From Chitinophagaceae bacterium (GTDB taxonomy: Bacteria; Bacteroidota; Bacteroidia; Chitinophagales; Chitinophagaceae), in the NCBI GenBank assembly GCA_947458275.1, contig CANGYR010000012.1, positions 1,372 to 65,371 on the forward strand: a stretch of DNA of 64,000 nt, read 5' to 3'. Of this stretch, positions 44,771 through 52,848 are shown one piece after another. The notes under the pieces are model-generated. The model was not told where the DNA came from. It searched no databases and saw only the letters and a program-made list of their open reading frames with translations. How positions within the stretch are numbered: the first letter of the stretch is position 1; every line of letters starts with the position of its first letter. Both the position numbers and the translations under genes were made by a program.

Positions 44771-44883
44771 AAGGCGACAATGCTGGTTTATTATTATTCG
44801 TCTATATAAAGGTATTGAGCAAGATGATTGTGAAATGACGGTTGATTTGATGTGTTATTCACGTAAATTGTTGATTTTTTTCC

Positions 44884-44931
44884 CTGTATATTGTTAGCCC
44901 ACCATTTAAATGGTGGGCTAACAATATACAG
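44884..44931. repeat. 48-bp perfect palindrome (24-bp arms, TTTAAA centre)
   Basis: CTGTATATTGTTAGCCCACCATTT|AAATGGTGGGCTAACAATATACAG. It shares the CAC..TTTAAA..GTG core with 44741-44770. Confidence 0.9.
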
Positions 44932-45051
44932 TCCCATGAGCTTCAAATTAAGTATCTCCACGTATACAATCCAAGTACATCAACCGATTTTTAGAAATAG
45001 ATTCATTAAATGATTGGAGAGTGTTTCAATGCGATGTAGTTTTACATCAGA

Positions 45052-45319
45052 TAAGAACAAAGAAAATATCCAATCCTTTAAAAAACCAACGAATCCGATC
45101 CAATAAAATTTTTAAATCCAATATCACCGAAAAAACCTAACCAATCCTAACCTTTGAAAACCAACCAAAATCCTATCCAATGAAAATGACCACGGCTTCC
45201 AACATCCTATTGAAAAAAACAATCAGCATTCAATGCAGCTCCGAAGGGGCTGAATATGAATAACTAACAATTACAATCGAAGCCAAAATATTAAACCCCG
45301 GAATCTTCCGGGGTTTTTT
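45052..45319 (+). ncRNA. Candidate small RNA with reiterated ATCCAAT motifs (speculative)
   Basis: An 800-bp gene-free island. Near-consensus -7 box TAGTTTTA at 45037-45044. Four exact ATCCAAT copies (45068, 45098, 45116, 45175) plus ACCAATCC. An orphan strong terminator at 45293-45319. Collinear with 6798-6950. Confidence 0.25.
45293..45319 (+). terminator. Orphan intrinsic terminator (no CDS ends nearby on either strand)
   Basis: AAA-CCCCGGAA-TC-TTCCGGGG-TTTTTT. The nearest upstream CDS stop is 550 bp away. Confidence 0.75.
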
Positions 45320-45369
45320 GTTAATCATATTCATAATGCCTGGAAATAATGATTTTAGATAAACGAAAA

Positions 45370-45424
45370 CTTTTTGAACTTTTTAAACGTCTTGAACCTC
45401 TTGAACCTCTTAAACCTCTAAAAC
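45370..45424. repeat. Lone CTTGAAC/CTTAAAC-type 9-bp micro-repeat array (element D)
   Basis: Six units: CTTTTTGAAC TTTTTAAAC GTCTTGAAC CTCTTGAAC CTCTTAAAC CTCTAAAAC. Same repeat class as the arrays at 1602-1675, 6642-6684 and 21844-21879. Confidence 0.8.
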
Positions 45425-45541
45425 CCCTGTCTTCCCCGTTGAAAATAACATCATCTAAAAAGAAAATCACTGTATTTTCAGGCACTACCGGTTATAATTT
45501 TATGTAAAACGATTTTTTGTTTTTACGTTAATTATAACAAC

Positions 45542-46519
45542 ATGTTTAAATCTATCATCCATTTCTCAATTACTTTCTTGCTTCTTTTTGCTCCGCGTAC
45601 TGCTTTTTCCTGGGGCTTTTTCGGTCATCAGCAGATTAATCAGCTCGCTGTATTTTTATTACCTCCGGAAATGATGATTTTATTTAAACCCAATATTCAT
45701 TTTCTGAAAGAGCATGCCGTGGATCCAGATAAAAGAAGGTATGCCGTGGCGGATGAAGGACCGAGACATTATATAGATATCGATCACTATGGTGTATATC
45801 CTTATCCATCTTTGCCACGCAAATGGAAAGAGGCCGTTGAAATGTACACCGAGGATTCAGTCAAAGCACATGGCATTGTTCCCTGGCATATTCAAAATAT
45901 GTTATTGAGATTGACCAAAGCGTTCAGGGAAAAGAACTACGCATCCATCATGAAGAATGCGGCAGAAATCGGCCATTATATAGCGGACGCACATGTTCCC
46001 TTGCATGCCAGCAGCAATCACAATGGTCAGTATACCAATCAAAAAGGAATTCATGGTTTTTGGGAAAGCCGAGTTCCGGAGTTGCTGGCGGAGAAAGAGT
46101 TTGATTTTTTGATTGGCAAGGCAGCCTATATTGAACACCCGGGCGATTTTATATGGGACAGGGTGCTGGAGAGTGCCGCGGCGGTGGACAGTGTTTTGCT
46201 GTTTGAACGTGAACTCACTAAAATGTTTTCCTCTGATCACAAATATGCATTTGAAGAAAGAAACGGAAAAGTAATCAGGCAATACTCGTCAGATTTTACC
46301 ATTGCCTTTAATCAGAAATTGAACGGGATGGTAGAAAGAAGAATGCGCCAGTCCATTTTTGCCATTGCCTCCTTTTGGTACACGGCCTGGGTAAATGCAG
46401 GCCAGCCCGACCTGAGCTATATGGTGAATGAAAAATTTACTGAGGAGGAAATGAAAGACTTTCAGCAGCTGAATCATAGCTGGCAAACGGCTGAAAAGAT
46501 GATAGGAAGGGAAGAGTAG
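45542..46519 (+). CDS. Secreted zinc-dependent phospholipase C / S1-P1 nuclease superfamily hydrolase
   Basis: Signal peptide, then WGFFGHQQIN...HAVDPD...RHYIDID...GHYIADAHVPLHAS, which are metal-ligand motifs of this fold. Substrate unknown. Confidence 0.55.
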   Translation: MFKSIIHFSITFLLLFAPRTAFSWGFFGHQQINQLAVFLLPPEMMILFKPNIHFLKEHAVDPDKRRYAVADEGPRHYIDIDHYGVYPYPSLPRKWKEAVEMYTEDSVKAHGIVPWHIQNMLLRLTKAFREKNYASIMKNAAEIGHYIADAHVPLHASSNHNGQYTNQKGIHGFWESRVPELLAEKEFDFLIGKAAYIEHPGDFIWDRVLESAAAVDSVLLFERELTKMFSSDHKYAFEERNGKVIRQYSSDFTIAFNQKLNGMVERRMRQSIFAIASFWYTAWVNAGQPDLSYMVNEKFTEEEMKDFQQLNHSWQTAEKMIGREE

Positions 46520-46535
46520 ATACGCCTTTAATGCT

Positions 46536-46543
46536 TACCTTTG
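46536..46543 (+). promoter_or_regulatory. Candidate -7 element (TACCTTTG) for serC
   Basis: Exact TAnnTTTG, 32 bp upstream of the ATG at 46575. Confidence 0.4.
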
Positions 46544-46574
46544 TGCTCAATTTTTCATTCAGGTATACATTAAA

Positions 46575-47639
46575 ATGGTGCATAATTTCAATGCCGGTCC
46601 TTCCATTTTACCAAAAGAAGTGATTGAGCAGGCTTCAGCGGCGGTTATCGATTATAACAACAGTGGCATATCCATTTTGGAGATGGGGCATCGTACCCCG
46701 GAATTTACTTCCGTAATGGAAGAAGCGAGGGTGCTGGTGAAAGAGCTGATGGATTTGGGCAGCGATCATGAGGTACTCTTTCTCCATGGAGGAGCTTCCA
46801 CCCAATTCATGCAGGTGCCGATGAATCTGCTCAATCCCAAAGATAGCGCCGCCTATGCTGATACCGGAGTATGGAGCAGTAAGGCCATCAAGGAGGCTAA
46901 ACTATTTGGTAAGGTAGATGTGGTATGTTCTTCCAAAGAGCGCAATTACATTGATATCCCCAATGACTTTGCTGTGCCTAATGACGCAAATTATTTTCAT
47001 ATCACGACCAACAACACCATTTTCGGTACGCAGTGGCAAACTATACCCAAAACAAGCAATATACTTGTTGCCGATATGAGCAGTGATGTGTTCAGCAGGC
47101 AGTTGGATTTCAAAACTTTCGGACTGATTTATGCCGGTGCTCAAAAAAATCTCGGTCCTGCAGGCGTGACAATGGTGGTGGTGAACAAAAATATTCTTGG
47201 AAAAGTAAAGCATACTATTCCAACGATGATGGATTACAGAAATCATATCTCGGAAGGAAGTATGTTGAATACGCCTCCTGTTTTTGCCGTGTATACATGC
47301 ATGCTTACACTGCGCTGGTTGAAAGTTAAAGGGGGCATAAGTGCGATGGAACAATTGAATAATGAGAAAGCAACATTATTATACAATGAAATTGACCGCA
47401 ATGAATTGTTTTCCACTCAGGTTGCCAAAAAAGACCGCAGTAAAATGAATGTTTGTTTTACCATGAAAGACAGCAGTCTGGAAAAACCATTTTTAGATTT
47501 TGTCAAACAACATGGAGTGGTTGGAATTAAAGGACATCGTTTATCCGGAGGATTCCGTGCGTCATTATACAATGCTTTACCCATCAGCAGTGTTAAATTT
47601 CTGGTGGAACTGATGCAGTCATTCGAACAAAAACAATAA
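46575..47639 (+). CDS. serC: 3-phosphoserine / phosphohydroxythreonine aminotransferase
   Basis: 354 aa. HNFNAGPSILPKEV start, GGASTQF, AGAQKNLGPAGVT (PLP lysine), GHR..GG.RAS.YNA. Confidence 0.93.
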   Translation: MVHNFNAGPSILPKEVIEQASAAVIDYNNSGISILEMGHRTPEFTSVMEEARVLVKELMDLGSDHEVLFLHGGASTQFMQVPMNLLNPKDSAAYADTGVWSSKAIKEAKLFGKVDVVCSSKERNYIDIPNDFAVPNDANYFHITTNNTIFGTQWQTIPKTSNILVADMSSDVFSRQLDFKTFGLIYAGAQKNLGPAGVTMVVVNKNILGKVKHTIPTMMDYRNHISEGSMLNTPPVFAVYTCMLTLRWLKVKGGISAMEQLNNEKATLLYNEIDRNELFSTQVAKKDRSKMNVCFTMKDSSLEKPFLDFVKQHGVVGIKGHRLSGGFRASLYNALPISSVKFLVELMQSFEQKQ

Positions 47640-47699
47640 ATGCTGCAGGAAATATGCAGTACTCTATAAAACATTAAAATTCAGAAAGTTTTTTTAAAC

Positions 47700-48932
47700 A
47701 TGGTTATAATTTCTCCTTTCAAGGCACTTCGACCGGATGCTCAGTTTGCCAAGCATGTTGCCTCCAGACCCTATGATGTATTGAGCAGCAAAGAGGCGAG
47801 GGTAGAAGCCCAAGGCAATCCCAATTCATTTCTGCATATTACCAAAAGCGAAATAGATCTCCCCGAATCAACAGACATACATGCTCAAAAAGTGTACGAT
47901 ACTGCCAAAGAAAATCTGCAGGCTTTCATCAGCAGAAATGTTTTGTTCAGAGAAAGCAAGCCCTGCTATTATATCTACCGTTTGATTATGAATGGAAAAA
48001 GCCAGACAGGTCTGGTATGCGTTAGCTCGGTCAATGATTATGAGAACGATTTAATAAAAAAACACGAGTTCACCCGTCCTGAAAAAGAACAGGATCGTAT
48101 TAATCATATCAAGACTACAGGTGCGCAGACAGGCAATGTTTTTCTTGCTTATAAAAATGTTGAAGAGATTGATGCCGTTATTAATAAATGGGCGGCAGAT
48201 AAAAATTCGCAATACGATTTTATTGCTGAAGACAATATACAGCACAGTATATGGATTGTGAATGATGACAAGACAATAGAAAAAATCAGCAGCTTATTCA
48301 AATCAAAAGTCCCCTGTACATATATCGCCGACGGCCATCACCGTGCTGCTTCTGCTGCAAAAGTAAGAACTGAGCTAGGGAAGAAAGCTACCACAGGATC
48401 AGATTATTTTCTGACTACTTTATTCCCTTCCAATCAGTTGTACATTATGGATTACAACAGAGTGATAAAAGATCTGGGAAATCTCACTTCAGAACAATTA
48501 TTGAATAAAATTGAAGAGAAGTTTGTTGTTGAAAAAACAGAATCGGCATACAAGCCCGAAGCATTGCATCATTTTGGACTATATATAGATAAACAATGGT
48601 ACAAGCTGATTGCCAAACCGGGCACTTACAATGAAATTGATCCTATCGGTCTTTTGGATACTACCATTTTGCAGGAAAACATTCTCGACCCTCTTCTGGG
48701 CATAAAAGACCAGCGTACAGACAAGCGCATAGATTTCGTTGGAGGAATACGCGGATTGGAGGAGCTTGAAAAAAGGGTTGACAGCGGTGAAATGCAACTG
48801 GCCTTCAGTTTTTATCCGGTAAGCATTCAACAGCTTTTTGATGTGGCAGATACCGGAAATGTAATGCCTCCAAAAAGCACCTGGTTTGAGCCTAAATTAA
48901 GAGATGGATTGCTTACACATTTGATTGACTGA
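47700..48932 (+). CDS. DUF1015-family protein (function unknown)
   Basis: 410 aa. ISPFKALRP....A...ASRPYDVLS..EAR and IADGHHR motifs as I recall for DUF1015/COG4198. Confidence 0.78.
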   Translation: MVIISPFKALRPDAQFAKHVASRPYDVLSSKEARVEAQGNPNSFLHITKSEIDLPESTDIHAQKVYDTAKENLQAFISRNVLFRESKPCYYIYRLIMNGKSQTGLVCVSSVNDYENDLIKKHEFTRPEKEQDRINHIKTTGAQTGNVFLAYKNVEEIDAVINKWAADKNSQYDFIAEDNIQHSIWIVNDDKTIEKISSLFKSKVPCTYIADGHHRAASAAKVRTELGKKATTGSDYFLTTLFPSNQLYIMDYNRVIKDLGNLTSEQLLNKIEEKFVVEKTESAYKPEALHHFGLYIDKQWYKLIAKPGTYNEIDPIGLLDTTILQENILDPLLGIKDQRTDKRIDFVGGIRGLEELEKRVDSGEMQLAFSFYPVSIQQLFDVADTGNVMPPKSTWFEPKLRDGLLTHLID

Positions 48933-48956
48933 TGATTTTAAAATAAATGATTCATT

Positions 48957-49952
48957 ATGTTCCGGATTGTCATTTTATTTTTTCTACTGTTCATCGGAAA
49001 AGATTCCTTCGCGCAGGATATAAATGAGTTGCGTGAAAATGCTAAAGCGTTTATGCGTTCGGGTGACTATGCCAATGCAACCATGATTTTGAATCGATGC
49101 TATCAGCAAACACCCGAAGATATTTCTGTTATCAAAGACCTTTCACTGAGTTATTTCTACCAAAAAGATTACACAAAAGCAATTGAGGCACTCAAACCCA
49201 ATCTGGATAAGGATTTTACGGACGATCAGTGTTATCAGATTGCAGGAATGATTTACAGGGCAATGGATCAGTCCGAAGCCTGTATTGGGTTGTTTAAAAA
49301 AGGCCTTGATAAATTCCCCGAAAGCGGCGCAATGTATTTTGAAATGGGAGAGATTATGTGGGCGCAAAAAAACTATGATGCTATCAAACAGTGGGAAAAG
49401 GGTATTGAAAAAGATCCGGCATATCCCGGAAATTATTACAGTGCCAGTAAGTATTATTATCTTACCAAGGATAAAGTATGGAACCTCATTTATGGCGAAA
49501 TCTTTGTAAACATGGAGCCTCAGAGCAGCAGGACGGTTGAAATAAAAGAGATATTGCTCAATGGATACAAGAAGCTTTTTGCCGATGCGAATCTCAGCAA
49601 TGCCAAAGAGAAAAATCTTTTTGCCAAAAATTTTCTCGAGATTATGAATAAGCAAACAGCTTTGGGAAATTTCGGCATTAATACCGGGAATCTCGTAATG
49701 ATCAGGACGAGATTTTTACTTGACTGGAACAATGAGTATGCTGATAAATTCCCGCTAAAACTATTTGTATTCCACCATCAATTGCTGCAGGAAGGACTTT
49801 TTGATGCTTATAATCAATGGTTGTTTGGCGCCTCTGAAAATCTGGCTGCTTTTCAGCGATGGACACAGAATTACAGCACACAATACGCGGAGTTTACAGA
49901 GTTTCAGAAAAACAGAATCTTCCGCATGCCTAAAGGGCAGTATTATCATTAA
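48957..49952 (+). CDS. Secreted TPR-repeat protein, function unknown
   Basis: Signal peptide (FLLFIGKDSFAQ) and 3-4 TPR-like units in the N-terminal half. Confidence 0.55.
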   Translation: MFRIVILFFLLFIGKDSFAQDINELRENAKAFMRSGDYANATMILNRCYQQTPEDISVIKDLSLSYFYQKDYTKAIEALKPNLDKDFTDDQCYQIAGMIYRAMDQSEACIGLFKKGLDKFPESGAMYFEMGEIMWAQKNYDAIKQWEKGIEKDPAYPGNYYSASKYYYLTKDKVWNLIYGEIFVNMEPQSSRTVEIKEILLNGYKKLFADANLSNAKEKNLFAKNFLEIMNKQTALGNFGINTGNLVMIRTRFLLDWNNEYADKFPLKLFVFHHQLLQEGLFDAYNQWLFGASENLAAFQRWTQNYSTQYAEFTEFQKNRIFRMPKGQYYH

Positions 49953-49956
49953 TCTC

Positions 49957-50916
49957 TTATCCGCTTATAATAAAAAAATACAAGGGCATTCCAATTGTTA
50001 TGTTGAAAGGGAATGTCACTCCTAATGCCATTGGGATGTACAGTCCGGGGTCCGCTTTTGGCGCCGCTATTCTCATTGCTGCGGGCACTGCAATATAAGA
50101 GGCACTTGCTGCGAGTATAGAAAAAATAAATCTGTTCCCCACATCATTTGTCACATACTGGCTTACATATGCCACTAAAGATCCGTTAATTGCAGGAATG
50201 ATGATGGCAAAAAGCAAAACAAACAAACCATGCTTTCTAAATGCTTTAAATCTTTTAGCGGTTGTCATACCCATCTCCAGAAGAAAGATGGCAAGGAACC
50301 CCTTGAAGATATCAGTGGTAAAAGGTTTAATGTCTTCTGCCTGTTTGGAGTCGGCAATAATTCCTATCAGCAGACTTCCCATAATCATCAAAACACTTCC
50401 ATTGGATAGCGAGTGTCGGATAATTTTTCCCAGCGTAGCTCCATTGCTGGAACTTTTTTCAAATTTCATCATCAATACAAATCCCACTATAATTGCCGGA
50501 AATTCCATCAGTGCCATTACCGCAACCATATGTCCTCCGAATGTAATACCCTGAATTTCAAGAAATGATGCCGCCGAAACAAAAGTAACTGCACTTACGG
50601 AGCCATAGGAGGCAGCAATGGCAGCCGCATCACTGATACTGACCTTTCTTTTAAGAATGAAGAAGGTATACAGCGGAATTGCCGCCGCTATTACCATTCC
50701 CAGTAAAAAAGAATAACCAATCTCACTGTTGAACACACTGTGATTCAATTCCTGTCCACCCTTGAAACCAATGGAAAATAACAGATAAAGTGAAATGAAT
50801 TTAAAAGATGACTCAGGTATTTCAAGGTCGCTTTTTATTACACAAGCTACAATACCGAGAAGGAAAAATAACAATGTGGGATTTGTCAGATTGGATGTTA
50901 ATATTTGGAAATTCAT
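49957..50916 (-). CDS. SbtA-like sodium-dependent bicarbonate transport family permease
   Basis: 319 aa, about 10 TM. N-terminus NPTLLFFLLGI....IKSDLEIPE.....ISLYLL..IGFKGG is as I recall for the Sbt_1 family. Confidence 0.65.
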   Translation of the reverse strand: MNFQILTSNLTNPTLLFFLLGIVACVIKSDLEIPESSFKFISLYLLFSIGFKGGQELNHSVFNSEIGYSFLLGMVIAAAIPLYTFFILKRKVSISDAAAIAASYGSVSAVTFVSAASFLEIQGITFGGHMVAVMALMEFPAIIVGFVLMMKFEKSSSNGATLGKIIRHSLSNGSVLMIMGSLLIGIIADSKQAEDIKPFTTDIFKGFLAIFLLEMGMTTAKRFKAFRKHGLFVLLFAIIIPAINGSLVAYVSQYVTNDVGNRFIFSILAASASYIAVPAAMRIAAPKADPGLYIPMALGVTFPFNITIGMPLYFFIISG

Positions 50917-50940
50917 TATTGAATTTATTAATGATATAGA

Positions 50941-51897
50941 TTATTCTTTTTCTGCAGCTCTTTCCAGTCTGTCATTGATGGTTCTCCCCAATCCTTCGGA
51001 AGGAAACCTCTCCGCAAGGATGATATCTAAATTCTCTTTGTCTAAACGGTGAAGTGCAGCATATAAGTTTGAAGCAGCCTCACTCAAATCTTTTCCCGGC
51101 GAAAGTATGCATTCTGAAGCAATATTCTGATTGTTGTATGAATTGAAAAAGCTTAATATGCCAATTCTTTTCCCTGCGTAATTATTTATTGCCTCATTGA
51201 TATTGTCGGTCAGTAAGATTTCTGTATTGGGTGAATAATGTTTCAATAACATCCCCGGAGCTTCGGGAGAATGGTTTGATTTGTTGAAAAGTTTCACTTC
51301 GCCAACCACCTGCTCTATAGATTCTAAAGAAACAGATCCAAGGCGATAAACGACAGGCACTTCTTTTTCAAATCCTATGATGGTGGATTCTATTCCATTC
51401 CTGCATGCCCCGCCATCTAGCACCAGAGGAATTTTTTCTTTAAAATAATTTTCCACATGTATCGCCTGAGTGGGACTGATTGATTTAAACGGATTGGCAC
51501 TCGGCGCTGCTAAAGGAAAATCAAGTTTGTTTAGTAAGTCAATGGCCATAGAATGGTTGGGTATTCTTATGGCAACAGTTTCCTTTCCCGCAGTTACGGC
51601 ATTTGGAATGATGTCTTTTTTCTTTAACAATAAAGTCAACGGACCCGGCCAGAATTTTTCAGCGAGCATTTTTGCCGTTTCGGGCATCTCTTTCGCAATA
51701 TCATTCAGATATTCAACGCTGCTAATATGCACTATAAGAGGATTGTAAGAAGGTCTTTTTTTAATCGAATAAATTTTTTCTATTGCCTTTGTACTGAATA
51801 TATTTCCCGCAAGACCGTATACCGTTTCGGTAGGAATACCGACCACGTCTTCCTTTTTAAGATACTCAGCCGCTAATGCCACATTTGTAGTAATCAT
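50941..51897 (-). CDS. tsaC: L-threonylcarbamoyladenylate synthase, Sua5-type (YrdC domain + Sua5 C-terminal domain)
   Basis: 318 aa. GIPTETVYGLAGN, KKRPSYNPLIVH, WPGPLTLLL, AIRIPNH...APSANPF.SISPT. Confidence 0.9.
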   Translation of the reverse strand: MITTNVALAAEYLKKEDVVGIPTETVYGLAGNIFSTKAIEKIYSIKKRPSYNPLIVHISSVEYLNDIAKEMPETAKMLAEKFWPGPLTLLLKKKDIIPNAVTAGKETVAIRIPNHSMAIDLLNKLDFPLAAPSANPFKSISPTQAIHVENYFKEKIPLVLDGGACRNGIESTIIGFEKEVPVVYRLGSVSLESIEQVVGEVKLFNKSNHSPEAPGMLLKHYSPNTEILLTDNINEAINNYAGKRIGILSFFNSYNNQNIASECILSPGKDLSEAASNLYAALHRLDKENLDIILAERFPSEGLGRTINDRLERAAEKE

Positions 51898-51907
51898 ATA
51901 TTGTTAA

Positions 51908-52768
51908 TTATGGATTGCAACGGTCGCAATACATAGGTTCTTCATTCCTTTTTTTATTGGGGTATTTTTTTTCTTTCTTATAATCGCATTTGCTGCAGGT
52001 GTAAAGATAACTCAAAGTTGAACGTGTAGGTGTCTCGCATAAACTGCAGGGAAGTCCTGATATAACTTCAGTTATGCTGAAGCCGGGTGTATTGCAATTC
52101 GGGCAAAAAGATAGGGACTTTTTTGCAAGTTTTTTTGTTGCGGTCTTAATCACTTTCATTCTCGTAGGATTGTTCATCGCCCGCATGTCGGTTTCCACAT
52201 AGACACTGCCGTTGGTTTGAAGAATGTGATTGAAATGAGTAATCAGTTTATTTCGGTTCGGATTTTCTTTATAAATGATTGAATAATCTGTCTTACTTTT
52301 TCTAAGAATCAAACCATGCGAAGGAAATTTCACTTCTTTGGCAAAATCAGTCAATTCAGAAAGTGAACTTATCTGTTTGGTATTAAAATTGGTCGCAGTA
52401 GTTAATTCTCTCGAAAAAATTTCCAGATTGTTTTTTTTATCAATAAGTAAAAGTATTTCATCATCTGCAGGAGCAAAGAAAATGGAAGGATGGGAACCAA
52501 ATGAGCCCTCGCTGGCTAATGCAAGATCATATTTACTTTGCTCCAATGCCATCATACATTTTTTCCTGGCAGTAGTAAGAGGATCATCTGTTCTTTTCCG
52601 CTCCCCACTGAATGTGCCCAGTATGTCTGTATCAAACTTTTTATCAACAACACATTTTACACCCAGCCATTTTTCTAAAATAGGGGCAATGACTTTTTCT
52701 TTCTCGTGTTTGGTCACAATCAAGACAGTTCTTCCCTTAAAAATATCGGTATGAGTGGTTCTTTTCAT
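51908..52768 (-). CDS. Uncharacterised protein with a C-terminal double zinc-ribbon (4 x CxxC)
   Basis: 286 aa. GTFSGE and ASEGSFGSHP motifs in the N-domain. CPNC...CSLC...CSKC...CDRC at the C-terminus. 10 bp upstream of tsaC. Confidence 0.6.
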   Translation of the reverse strand: MKRTTHTDIFKGRTVLIVTKHEKEKVIAPILEKWLGVKCVVDKKFDTDILGTFSGERKRTDDPLTTARKKCMMALEQSKYDLALASEGSFGSHPSIFFAPADDEILLLIDKKNNLEIFSRELTTATNFNTKQISSLSELTDFAKEVKFPSHGLILRKSKTDYSIIYKENPNRNKLITHFNHILQTNGSVYVETDMRAMNNPTRMKVIKTATKKLAKKSLSFCPNCNTPGFSITEVISGLPCSLCETPTRSTLSYLYTCSKCDYKKEKKYPNKKRNEEPMYCDRCNP

Positions 52769-52848
52769 TATTCAATCTGATAACATATTTGGTCTTGTGT
52801 ATGTTCAGAAAAACAATCAAATCATTTATAAGGGACAAAACCGGATGA

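Noticed and set aside
44712-44897. 61-aa ORF overlapping the DUF502 3' end and running through both palindromes
   Set aside because: It reads through hairpin sequences, overlaps a real gene out of frame, and has arginine- and cysteine-rich nonsense composition.
45180-45263. 27-codon ORF (MKMTTASNILLKKTISIQCSSEGAEYE) just upstream of the orphan terminator
   Set aside because: The homologous segment at 6840-6900 carries indels that destroy the frame, so sequence rather than peptide is conserved. It is retained only as part of the sRNA candidate.
49950-49960. Convergent TPR and SbtA-like genes separated by only 4 bp with no terminator hairpin
   Set aside because: Tight convergent stops are common and can rely on intragenic terminators or tolerated read-through, so nothing specific can be tested from the sequence alone.
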